From Candidatus Nanohalarchaeota archaeon (GTDB lineage: Archaea > Nanohalarchaeota > Nanosalinia > Nanosalinales > Nanosalinaceae), in contig JALDAJ010000001.1 in the NCBI GenBank assembly GCA_022729235.1, forward strand, positions 832,001 to 896,000: DNA of 64,000 nucleotides. Direction: 5' to 3'. This document shows, piece by piece, positions 1 to 8,566 of the stretch. The notes under the pieces are model-generated. The model was given only the letters and a program-made list of their open reading frames with translations. It ran no database searches and was not told the origin of the DNA. Position 1 is the stretch's first letter, and every line of letters begins with the position of its first letter. The translations under genes were made by a program, and so were the position numbers.

Positions 1-2
1 GT

Positions 3-338
3 GATGAAACCTTCGAATACACGAGCTTCAGGAAGAGTCCTGTAAATTCCTCGTTGGTTTATGACCAAGAGACGGGAGATGTTGTACAATTATCCGTCGC
101 TCTTCCAAAAGGGAGGCCTTATGATTCAGAAACGGGACTTCATGATCTGGATCCAGATGCAGTTCAATCAGCGATTGACTATCTGCAGAACGAGGATAGG
201 ATAGAGTACGATGACGAATTAGGATCTATAACAGCTAGATTTGAACCTCAGGAAACGCCTGAAGAAACGGCTGATCTACTGGAGGAGACGGCAGAAGCAG
301 TGGAGACTGTTGCGGACATTAGAGAGGCTCTAAGCTAA
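3..338 (+). CDS. hypothetical acidic protein, 5'-truncated by the window edge
   Basis: Frame of track ORF 54..338 is open back to position 3; acidic composition; T-rich tract after the stop. Confidence 0.6.
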   Translation, partial: DETFEYTSFRKSPVNSSLVYDQETGDVVQLSVALPKGRPYDSETGLHDLDPDAVQSAIDYLQNEDRIEYDDELGSITARFEPQETPEETADLLEETAEAVETVADIREALS

Positions 339-560
339 ACAAACGTTCATATATCTACTTTTTTCTTTTACTTACTCTCTTCTAGGTAAAGAAAGTTCAG
401 AATTAGAGAAACAGACAGAAAATACAAGGGGCTTTTGTAGATTATTTGTCTAAATCTTAAAATTCAACCGAAATATGCACTCTCCTATCTAGATATTATT
501 TAAATGCTGAAGGCTGTATTTCTTTTGAAAATCCAAACGAAACAAGGAGAGGCGAAGAAT

Positions 561-665
561 AAGTCGATAAACGACTGTGAACGCTTGAGAGGGAAGCCCC
601 GTTTTGAGGTATGAATGTTGACTTCAACATCTCATACTGAGATTGCGGTGAAACCCCGAGAGGTA
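561..665 (+). repeat. att-like site 1
   Basis: Hairpin AGTCG-ataaa-CGACT, GAA ending at 581, 12-nt spacer, core AAGCCCCGTTTTGAG at 594, TTCAA 28 nt after AGCCCC start, CCCCGA at 654. Confidence 0.6.
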
Positions 666-717
666 TACTATGATTTAGTCCGCAAGTTAATTAAGAATAT
701 TTTGCTATCAATAAGTT

Positions 718-1353
718 ATGACAGGTTGGTCTGTGGTTGAAACCGAGTATTCATCTGAGGGAAGACCAGAATACGAACAGATTTTTGTTAATGGAGATTC
801 GGAGGCTGTAGAGAATTTGAATGAGGTATATTTAGAAGAGAGACTAAATGGATTTTCCTTCAAGGATGCAGCAGAGAACCTGTCAAACGCACAGAGAAAT
901 GGTAAAAGTAGAGAAAGCTCAGGAGATATAATTTATCCTGCAATTACAGAGGATGGTTATCGTTGGCGAGAAGAAATAATCAGAAGTGACGGCAGCTGGA
1001 GAAAAAGTATTCCATTCGTAGATTATCAAGAGATAGCTGTCTTATTTCCGCAAAAACGCTCAGGAATTAATCCCGATGATTTGGATGATGGCGAGATAGG
1101 TTTGGGTGCCTTACTCGTTGGGCAAGGATACAGTGCTGAAGAAGCACAAAGAATAGCTAAAGAACGGAAAGAAGCAACTAAAGAGGCTGTAGAAAATAAT
1201 CCGTATCTACGAGATACACACTTTCTAGGAGACCGTTCCGTAGCAGTATACGCAACAGATAATGTAGAAACTAACGGGGCTGAAGAATTTCTCTGGGAAT
1301 TGGCAGATGCTTTAGAGAAAGAAACAGTAGATAAGCAATTTGGAAATAAATGA
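718..1353 (+). CDS. hypothetical protein (sole gene between att-like sites 1 and 2)
   Basis: 211-aa acidic ORF; TATA-like TTAATTAA about 25-30 nt upstream. Confidence 0.75.
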   Translation: MTGWSVVETEYSSEGRPEYEQIFVNGDSEAVENLNEVYLEERLNGFSFKDAAENLSNAQRNGKSRESSGDIIYPAITEDGYRWREEIIRSDGSWRKSIPFVDYQEIAVLFPQKRSGINPDDLDDGEIGLGALLVGQGYSAEEAQRIAKERKEATKEAVENNPYLRDTHFLGDRSVAVYATDNVETNGAEEFLWELADALEKETVDKQFGNK

Positions 1354-1359
1354 TAAAAT

Positions 1360-1463
1360 AAGCCCGCACTGGGCTCTTGAACATAACGCTTATAAGCCCC
1401 GTTTTGAGTTCGGGTAATCGGGTTCAAAAGCCCACAAACTAGTGGACAGTGACCCCGAGGTCA
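1360..1463 (+). repeat. att-like site 2 (both arms present, attP-like)
   Basis: TGGGCTCTTGAA (1370-1381), 12 nt, AAGCCCCGTTTTGAG (1394), then GGGTTCAAAAGCCCACA; the two arms are inverted repeats; CCCCGA at 1453. Confidence 0.75.
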
Positions 1464-1511
1464 GTATTTAGTTTTGTATAGACAAATGTTTTAACTTATT
1501 GTTTGGTTATT

Positions 1512-2777
1512 CTAGATTGGATTAATAGCAGAAACCTCAGGTATGTATATTAAGGCATCAAAGTTTTCTCTAAGTCTCAGTTTGTCGTAGTGATCTTCAA
1601 TATTTTCAAGATGGAAATAAGTTCCTGCAGTATGGAGTCTGTGTTCTTGAGTTATCCATTCCTTCAGTCCTTCATTTGGTATGCCTGTAAAGTCTAGGAA
1701 GAATGGTTCTTGAATCTGATCTAGTTCTTGAGCTAGAGTGTCTTCGTGTAGTTTTTCAAATGATCTTTCTCCCTCCCAGTTAGGCTGTGGTTCTTCCATA
1801 TCGAGGTATTTGAATGATCCTGTTCCGAAATCAAAGCCGATGGCGTAATAGTCTTCCCCGTATTTCTGATCTAGATAGTATCCGAGTGCCTTTGATTCAG
1901 GGTTTTCAGGTTTCCCTCCTTTCTTGATGTGAGCGTTATGTGACCAGACAAATGCCTTTTCTTCATCTTCGAAATCCATCATCCAAGAAATATTTTCCGC
2001 CATACTTTGGTCACGGAAAGTCCAAGAATCTATATCAAGTTCAGCATTCTCATTTACGGCTAAACAGAACTTTCTACACTGCTCAAGTATCACTACTAAC
2101 TGCTTCAATAAGTTGTATTCTTTCTCAGAAATAATTTCCAGATACTCATCCTGCTTCTGCTTGACTTGATTCTCCAAATCTGTGATAAAGTCTTTGAGTT
2201 CCGCTTCTTTTTCTTTATCTATTTCTGCGAACATCATCTTTCCTTGCTCCATAAACTCCAGAGTCTCATTATTTGCTTCAATAAAGTCTCTGTCAACTTT
2301 CTGCATAATTTTCCGCAGCTTCTTGAAAGAAGCAATATCATTCTGCATATCAAAGCCATAGAATCTGACTTTCTCCTCATCTGAAACCTGCTTATTATGT
2401 TCTCGAACCCATTCCACCAAGTTCAAAATTTCTTCTGTTCTGAATATAGGCGAGCTTATCGAACTCAGTGCTTCTTCAGCCGTTCCTTCTCCGTTAACAA
2501 CATAGTTGTTGATTTCAAGCGTTTCTCCAAACGATGCTTCCCAAGCGAATATACGGTAGTCTAACTCTTCAACAAGAAATCGAAAGAATCTGCGTCTAAC
2601 CTGATGAAACTCTTTAGTGGAGTGTGTAGCTTCGCCTATACCAATGATTTTCCTGTTCTCAAGTGTTTCTTTCGGTATTTGGAAGTCTTCAAAAGGATTT
2701 TCTGAAGAAATCTTAAGCGGAGTTGAATAAGATTCTAACTGATTTGATATATTCTCTTGAGAAGACATAGAACACAA
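1512..2777 (-). CDS. erythromycin esterase (EreA/EreB) family protein
   Basis: Motifs IGIGEATH, YGFDMQ, RDQSMAEN, WSHNAH, FDALIYI. Confidence 0.88.
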   Translation of the reverse strand: MCSMSSQENISNQLESYSTPLKISSENPFEDFQIPKETLENRKIIGIGEATHSTKEFHQVRRRFFRFLVEELDYRIFAWEASFGETLEINNYVVNGEGTAEEALSSISSPIFRTEEILNLVEWVREHNKQVSDEEKVRFYGFDMQNDIASFKKLRKIMQKVDRDFIEANNETLEFMEQGKMMFAEIDKEKEAELKDFITDLENQVKQKQDEYLEIISEKEYNLLKQLVVILEQCRKFCLAVNENAELDIDSWTFRDQSMAENISWMMDFEDEEKAFVWSHNAHIKKGGKPENPESKALGYYLDQKYGEDYYAIGFDFGTGSFKYLDMEEPQPNWEGERSFEKLHEDTLAQELDQIQEPFFLDFTGIPNEGLKEWITQEHRLHTAGTYFHLENIEDHYDKLRLRENFDALIYIPEVSAINPI

Positions 2778-2954
2778 ATTTACATTTTCAGGCTTAAATC
2801 TCTGGAATTCTCGAAATACTTAACACTAACGAAAATTACGGCAATATCTTTCAATAACTAATTGTGACAAAAAATATCAACTTCAAATGCTCGTATGAGA
2901 AATTCTAAACCAAAAAACCTGTTATCAGAACCTGATAGATACAAATATAGTGTT

Positions 2955-3020
2955 TAGCCCCTTTTCGAGCTTGGGATGTAGGGTTCGAAAGCCCACAATC
3001 CCTTGGTGAACCCCGAAGGG
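2955..3020 (+). repeat. att-like site 3, left boundary of the integrated element
   Basis: AGCCCC core (2956-2961) then TTCGAAAGCCCACA (2984-2997), the exact reverse complement of 31879-31892; CCCCGA at 3011. Confidence 0.8.
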
Positions 3021-3049
3021 TTGTAATGTCGGTCTACATAGACAGTTTT

Positions 3050-4051
3050 TTATGAATTCTGAATTCTGTGAGCTACATCTGATGAACTGAATAGTCTGGC
3101 GTCTTTAGATACCGTCAATATGGTCTCTCCATCATACTTGTGTTCAATCTGCTGAAGCAGTTCCTCCAGGAATTCTAGTTCTTCATTAGTAAATACATCT
3201 ATCTGCTCTAGAGCTACGTCTAGGCTAGCCTTAACTTCCTCATAAGATATTGTATCTGAAATTTGAGGTTTCATCGTTTCTAATTTAATCTCTGAAAGAA
3301 CATCTTCTATGTCTTCCATACCGATACTGTCTTCAAGATGTAGGAATATGGATGCGCCGTGTTTCAGGAGAAGATATTTTGGCTTCTTGTCGTGTAGTGG
3401 GAGGAATATTTTGTGGGAGCTTTCCATTTCTTCAGGGTTCTTTTTGACTCCTTTCAGAAAGCTCTTGATTATCGTTACCTTTTCCGTTGATTCAAGCTCT
3501 TCTCTTACATCGTATTCTTCTAGAAGGTCGTCATAAATTTCTGACGCATAATCTTCCAGTTCTATAGTTTTTTCTTCCTCAATTTTTCTGATGATTTTTC
3601 CCAGTAATTTGTCCATCGAAACTTTTTCTTCTCCTATGACGATTTCTTCTTCCAATATGGAGTTATCTTCTAGACCGTGGTAAACTGCGGTTTTATAGGA
3701 TTTTTCTCCGTCAAGATTAATTTTGACCGAGGTATTCTGTGGTTTAGTATGTTTGATGCTTTTCTCGTCGCTAAAACGGGATGAGAAGCTGTAAATTACT
3801 TGTTTGTAGTCTTCGTTTATCCTGATGGCGTGAGGTCTGGTGCTTTCATCCTTTATTATAAGATTACTCTCTTTCAGCCTACCTAGATTTCTGGATACAG
3901 CATCTCTTTCATATGGGACTCTATCTACGATTTCGTTTACCGAGAATTCTTCCTTATCTGAGTTATGCAGAACTTGTAGTATACAGTCCATAGTTCGATT
4001 GTAATGGACGTATCCTTCTTCTCTGTTAATGTGGTATCCCTCCTGATACAT
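3050..4051 (-). CDS. N-terminal winged-HTH protein, probable element regulator
   Basis: FSVNEIVDRVPYERDAVSRNLGRLKESNLI is a wHTH pattern; divergent from the replication operon. Confidence 0.65.
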   Translation of the reverse strand: MYQEGYHINREEGYVHYNRTMDCILQVLHNSDKEEFSVNEIVDRVPYERDAVSRNLGRLKESNLIIKDESTRPHAIRINEDYKQVIYSFSSRFSDEKSIKHTKPQNTSVKINLDGEKSYKTAVYHGLEDNSILEEEIVIGEEKVSMDKLLGKIIRKIEEEKTIELEDYASEIYDDLLEEYDVREELESTEKVTIIKSFLKGVKKNPEEMESSHKIFLPLHDKKPKYLLLKHGASIFLHLEDSIGMEDIEDVLSEIKLETMKPQISDTISYEEVKASLDVALEQIDVFTNEELEFLEELLQQIEHKYDGETILTVSKDARLFSSSDVAHRIQNS

Positions 4052-4075
4052 TATGTATTACCCGCGGATACATAA
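4046..4075. promoter_or_regulatory. palindromic operator overlapping the wHTH start
   Basis: TTATGTAT-N9-ATACATAA (4051-4075) plus overlapping ATACAT-T-ATGTAT (4046-4058). Confidence 0.5.
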
Positions 4076-4230
4076 AAAGGGTTTGGTCGGCAATCATCCC
4101 ACAGGATGAAAGAATCCAAGAAAACCTCGGCGAACACGCAAGAAAACAGTATTAGGGTCGGCGTAGAACTTCCTTCACACTCTGCGCCGACTCCAACATT
4201 TTTCCTGATTTCAGCCAGGAGGTGTAGAAA

Positions 4231-4743
4231 ATGGCAGTAACCGACGGACGAAGAAAATTCCGCTGTGGTAAGTGTGAGGAAGAAATCGAAGAATGGGACA
4301 GAACTCCTGAAAGCGACAGCCACGACTTCAAATGTCCAAACTGCAACAAGCCTCATATTCATCACCGAACTGACGCTTTCGAGGAACTGATTCCAGTAAG
4401 TGAAGAAGACGGCGAACACCAGAACGTGTTCATTACTACTACAGGTAGGAAAATTCACGGCATAGACTCCGTACAACGCCTCCTGACAGAAGCAACTTCC
4501 AAGAAAACCTGTAAAAACTGTCACGCAGAGAAACACGAAGACTGGGAATACAGCAAGTCTCCAAACTACGACCTTGCCTGTCCAGAGTGCGGGAAGAAAC
4601 ACTTAGAAGACACCAACAAGCTGATTCCAGTCGATAAAGAAGGAAACCGTCAAGACGTGATGGAGGACTCAAGAGGACGGACATATATAGGAGAGGAAGA
4701 GATACAGGAAGCCCTAGAAAAACTGAAGGAGGAGATAGAATGA
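4231..4743 (+). CDS. tandem zinc-finger protein with internal duplication
   Basis: Two copies of CxxC..W..D..CPxC.K.H...LIPV; AGGAGG upstream. Confidence 0.75.
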   Translation: MAVTDGRRKFRCGKCEEEIEEWDRTPESDSHDFKCPNCNKPHIHHRTDAFEELIPVSEEDGEHQNVFITTTGRKIHGIDSVQRLLTEATSKKTCKNCHAEKHEDWEYSKSPNYDLACPECGKKHLEDTNKLIPVDKEGNRQDVMEDSRGRTYIGEEEIQEALEKLKEEIE

Positions 4744-4865
4744 AGCGCAATCGTTGTGATAGATGTGGTAGCGACGATATTGCAGTAAACAACAACTCTG
4801 ACTCTATAAATCGGAGAACTCTACGTTGCAGAGAATGCGGGAAAACAGGGTTCGAGGTGTTCTAG
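4740..4865 (+). CDS. 41-aa zinc-ribbon microprotein (not in ORF track)
   Basis: MKRNRCDRCGSDDIAV...LRCRECGKTGFEVF; ATGA overlap with the previous stop. Confidence 0.65.
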   Translation: MKRNRCDRCGSDDIAVNNNSDSINRRTLRCRECGKTGFEVF

Positions 4866-4960
4866 TATGGTAAAAAATACTGCTATGAAACTCAATCAGA
4901 ATTCAGGTTATCGCAATTTATTCACGGAAAATCTGGTCAGAAAAGAGAAGGTGGTTAGGG

Positions 4961-5182
4961 ATGAATAGACAAGAGCTATTTCTCTATAACTACTACGGTT
5001 GTCCTCCGCCTCCTCCAGAAAAGAGGGATGAGGAATGCACAGTAGAAGGTTGTGCGGAAAGTGCCTGGATACAAGGTAATTGTCCCGACCACCTCTCTTT
5101 TGACTTAGCTACAATCTGGTCAGGACTGGATAACACAAAATCTGCAAACGAATTCCTGAAACTTCTAGGTCATAAGGTATGA
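4961..5182 (+). CDS. small Cys/His protein
   Basis: CTVEGC...CPDH motif; GAAGGTGG upstream; overlaps next ORF. Confidence 0.55.
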   Translation: MNRQELFLYNYYGCPPPPPEKRDEECTVEGCAESAWIQGNCPDHLSFDLATIWSGLDNTKSANEFLKLLGHKV

Positions 5183-5469
5183 CAACGCATACTGTAGATT
5201 GCTCCTCTACAAGCAAAGAAGCTGTTCAACAGGTATTGAATGAAAAAGAAGGATATCTAGTAACATCCTTTGAGGTTTCTGAGGGGAAAGTAATTTTTGA
5301 GTTCAGGGAAAGCAAAGCCAGGAATAATAATTATGTCTGGTTCGTTTCGGAGACGGATGAAGTAGAGGAGCACGTAGTAAATTACGAAGAACAGGGGTGG
5401 TCGCTTGTAGACTACTCTGTAGAGGAACAAGTTTACTTGCTTTTCCATAAAGGAGGTGAGAAGAGATGA
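5179..5469 (+). CDS. hypothetical protein
   Basis: 96-aa acidic ORF, translationally coupled to previous. Confidence 0.6.
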   Translation: MTTHTVDCSSTSKEAVQQVLNEKEGYLVTSFEVSEGKVIFEFRESKARNNNYVWFVSETDEVEEHVVNYEEQGWSLVDYSVEEQVYLLFHKGGEKR

Positions 5470-5532
5470 AGGAAGTGCGCTCTCTTCCTTACATCTCTTT
5501 TTGTACCACGTCGGTGTCAGGGGGTGTAAGCT

Positions 5533-5829
5533 ATGGATTATCCTCTTTCGACTCCTTTTAAACTCTACTGCTGGACTCAAAGCAGTGTATACTACATCTT
5601 CTATGAACACTGTGAAGGCTATGAACGTCCCCATAAACTCGGTTTAGACCTTCTGTTGAGAGAAGTCAATCTATGTCCTGTCTGTGAAGGTTATGAATCC
5701 AGATTTCACAGGGGTCAGTGTAGGTTTACTGACTTTATTCTAGAGCTAGACGTTTTAAACGAAAAATATGACAGAAATAACAGGGTTCAAAGGGTTCATA
5801 ACCCCTCCATAGGAGGGGTTGTAGAATAA
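5533..5829 (+). CDS. hypothetical protein with CxxC
   Basis: CPVC motif; stop overlaps MCM start. Confidence 0.5.
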   Translation: MDYPLSTPFKLYCWTQSSVYYIFYEHCEGYERPHKLGLDLLLREVNLCPVCEGYESRFHRGQCRFTDFILELDVLNEKYDRNNRVQRVHNPSIGGVVE

Positions 5830-8090
5830 TGAGTAACAACCAGAAGCTGAATGAGAAAAGAAGAAAGATACTGAACTATCTGAAAAACAGTGGCGAGCAG
5901 ACAACCAAGAAAATCTTCGAAAACTCAGATACCGATTACAGTTCGAAAAACTCTCTCAATAATGCCCTGAATCGTCTCAAGAATCACGGATACCTGAAAA
6001 AGACAAATCCAAAAGGTCAATCAAATTACTGGAAACTTACAGAAAAGGGAAGAGAAGCAATATCTGCTAGAAAGATTGATGTAAAAGATAGTACTTTAGA
6101 ATATGGAGAATTAGTTAGAAGACTGGGAGATTTTGTACAAGAAAAATTACAGGATGATATTGCGCACGCTATCAAGAAAGATAAAAAATCTTGGATAGAG
6201 GTCAGTCTTCCAGACTTGGACAGATTCGATAAAGAAATAGTGAATAAATTGCTGAAAGACCCCGACACGGTACTAGAGGCATTTGAAGAAGTAGTAGAAA
6301 ATAGTTCTCTGGTAGGTAGAGAAGATTCTTTGGAAGTTAGGATTGTAGATTTGCCTGAAGAAGATACAGTAAAACTTTCAGAGATTTACAGCGAAAATAT
6401 AGGTCATTTCGTAGCGGTGGAAGGAATTATTACCAATAATATACTCTCAAAACCTGCAGTTAAATCAGGTATATTCGAGTGTGCAAAGTGTGGAGACCAG
6501 TACAAGAAAGAACAGGACTCCTCTCACCTAAAATCACCATATAAATGTGAATGCGGTTCTAGAAAATTTGAGGTTGTAGAAAAGATTCTGCAGGACACTA
6601 AGACAATTAGTATACAGGAGAGAACCAGCAAGCCGAATCCCAGGAAGCGTGAAGTATACCTGGAAGGCAGTCTAGCAAGAAATAAAGAATTAGAGAACGC
6701 CAGCCTTGGTTCTTTAATTAGAGTAAATGGTATTCTACGAGACCGTCCTCTCAAGAAAAATTCCAAGAAGCTAGAACCCTATATAGAGGCAAACTCTATT
6801 GAGTTCAAGGACAAGAACGAAGTGGAAGAAATAAGTGAGGAAATACAAGAACAAGTACAAGAATTATCTAAAAACCCTGAAATAAAAAGCAAGCTCAAGG
6901 AATCGGTAGCCCAAGGGAAAATCGGAGGTCTTGACCGTGTCAAAGAAGGATACCTACTTTATAGGCTTGGAAAATTTCCAGAAGGAGATATACATCTTCT
7001 GATAGCAGGAGAGCCAGGAGTCGGAAAATCTGAACTAGTTTCAACCAGCGCAGAAACACTTCCTAGAACAGTATATACGGTACTTGAAAATTCTACAAGT
7101 ACAGGTATTACCGCATCGCTCACTGAAGACAAGAAGAAAGGAGGATATGAAGTAAATGCTAACGCTCTTGTAAAAGCAGATGACGGCTTCTTTATAGGTG
7201 ATGAAGCAGGAAAATTTAACGACTCTTACAGTTGCTTCAATACGCCTATGGAGGATGGAGAAGTAAATAGGTCTGCAGGAGATAAGGATATTAGACTGCC
7301 TGCGAAGGCGTCTGTCTGTCTAGTTATGAATCCGTCAGACGTGAATGATAGAAGGTGGGATGGAAAGCCGTCAATAGATGATTTACCTGTAAGCTCTCAA
7401 AGTGATATTTTAAGCAGATTCCATCTCAAAATAGCTATACCCAGTCAGGAAATAGGGGGAAGTGACAGTTTACGGAGAGAAATTAGAAAGGCGGAGAAGG
7501 TTCTTTCATCTGATGAAAACAGAGCAGAGCTTGACCTAGATATTTACCGTGCATATCTTTCAGTAGCTGAAGATATAAATCCAGAAATCTCAGAGGAGGG
7601 TGAAGAACTTCTAAAACGTATCTATGTAGGACTATCATTAAAGAATTACACTTTATCTCCAAGGACTTTGATTGCGTTAAAGAGGATAGCAAAGGCGTAT
7701 TCAAGAATACGTTTGGAGAATAAAGTCTCTGAAGAAAGAGTAATAGAGGCTTACATATTCTGGAAAGAATGTCAAGCTACTCTCTATGAGGAGTTTAGAG
7801 AGGAAAAGCGAAGGGTCACAGAATCTAGTGGATTTCAGAAACAGAAACCGTCTCTATTAGGTGAACTTCTGGAAGTGCTCAGTAGAAATAATGGAAGAAT
7901 GAGGAAGGAGGACTTAAAGGAGGAGCTGGAGCTTGGGGGTTCGGAATCTAAACGGGAAAAAGTTTTTGGAGAGTTAATTGAAGACGCCTTGGAGCAAAAT
8001 GCAGTATCGGAAGAAGGACAGTTTATATATCTGGAAAAAGAGCCTGACTTTTTCGGAGGAGAAGTTGTAGAAATCTTGGAGAATATCTAG
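5829..8090 (+). CDS. mcm: element-encoded MCM replicative helicase with N-terminal wHTH
   Basis: Zn finger CAKC..CECG, Walker A GEPGVGKS, Walker B IGDE, arginine finger SRF; extra N-terminal wHTH. Confidence 0.9.
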   Translation: MSNNQKLNEKRRKILNYLKNSGEQTTKKIFENSDTDYSSKNSLNNALNRLKNHGYLKKTNPKGQSNYWKLTEKGREAISARKIDVKDSTLEYGELVRRLGDFVQEKLQDDIAHAIKKDKKSWIEVSLPDLDRFDKEIVNKLLKDPDTVLEAFEEVVENSSLVGREDSLEVRIVDLPEEDTVKLSEIYSENIGHFVAVEGIITNNILSKPAVKSGIFECAKCGDQYKKEQDSSHLKSPYKCECGSRKFEVVEKILQDTKTISIQERTSKPNPRKREVYLEGSLARNKELENASLGSLIRVNGILRDRPLKKNSKKLEPYIEANSIEFKDKNEVEEISEEIQEQVQELSKNPEIKSKLKESVAQGKIGGLDRVKEGYLLYRLGKFPEGDIHLLIAGEPGVGKSELVSTSAETLPRTVYTVLENSTSTGITASLTEDKKKGGYEVNANALVKADDGFFIGDEAGKFNDSYSCFNTPMEDGEVNRSAGDKDIRLPAKASVCLVMNPSDVNDRRWDGKPSIDDLPVSSQSDILSRFHLKIAIPSQEIGGSDSLRREIRKAEKVLSSDENRAELDLDIYRAYLSVAEDINPEISEEGEELLKRIYVGLSLKNYTLSPRTLIALKRIAKAYSRIRLENKVSEERVIEAYIFWKECQATLYEEFREEKRRVTESSGFQKQKPSLLGELLEVLSRNNGRMRKEDLKEELELGGSESKREKVFGELIEDALEQNAVSEEGQFIYLEKEPDFFGGEVVEILENI

Positions 8091-8104
8091 ACAAAAACCC
8101 TTCC

Positions 8105-8536
8105 TTAAAGTGTCTATTTTGCTGGACACAGGTTTCTTCAAGTCTCGAATTAGAGAAGCTATTGATGGAAGACCTTATCTCAGAATGGCGCAGTAGTCAA
8201 GTAGAAGTAGAACCAGAGACTGTGATAGGCTCTGAACACAGTTTGGAGGATATTAAAAAGCAAGTTCGGAAAATGTCAGAGGCGCAGAAGAAGAATTTTC
8301 TTTACAGGATGCTGGCGCAGACTCACGCCAAGGGCAGTAACACTACTAGAGAGGAGATGGAATCTATCATATTAACCACGATAAAAATTATGCGTCACTA
8401 CGAGTCCTTGAAGGCGCAGAGAGACAAGTTCTCTGAATCAGTTGAAGAAGTAGAAGGATAGAACTTAAATTTCCTTGTAGAGTTTCCTAGATGATTAAAG
8501 TGTCGGTTTGCGCCTACGCACCATTCTTAAAGTGTC
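8105..8536 (+). repeat. three copies of TTAAAGTGTC
   Basis: Exact decamer at 8105-8114, 8495-8504 and 8527-8536, all intergenic. Confidence 0.6.
8162..8461 (+). CDS. hypothetical helical protein
   Basis: 99-aa ORF between MCM and recombinase. Confidence 0.6.
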   Translation: MMEDLISEWRSSQVEVEPETVIGSEHSLEDIKKQVRKMSEAQKKNFLYRMLAQTHAKGSNTTREEMESIILTTIKIMRHYESLKAQRDKFSESVEEVEG

Positions 8537-8566
8537 GAATGGGAAAATAAACAGGTTTATTTTCAT

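Noticed and set aside
428-434. Inverted GGGGCTT copy of the att core
   Set aside because: Lacks the following TTTTGAG and the TTCRA at +28; likely chance.
594-3020. GTTTTGAG after the core resembles the start of type II CRISPR repeats
   Set aside because: Only three degenerate copies 0.8-1.6 kb apart with whole genes between; no cas genes; the tRNA core and arms explain the repeats better.
4051-4795. Minus-strand ORFs 4051..4602, 4152..4349 and 4439..4795
   Set aside because: Antisense shadows of the Zn-finger gene with non-acidic composition.
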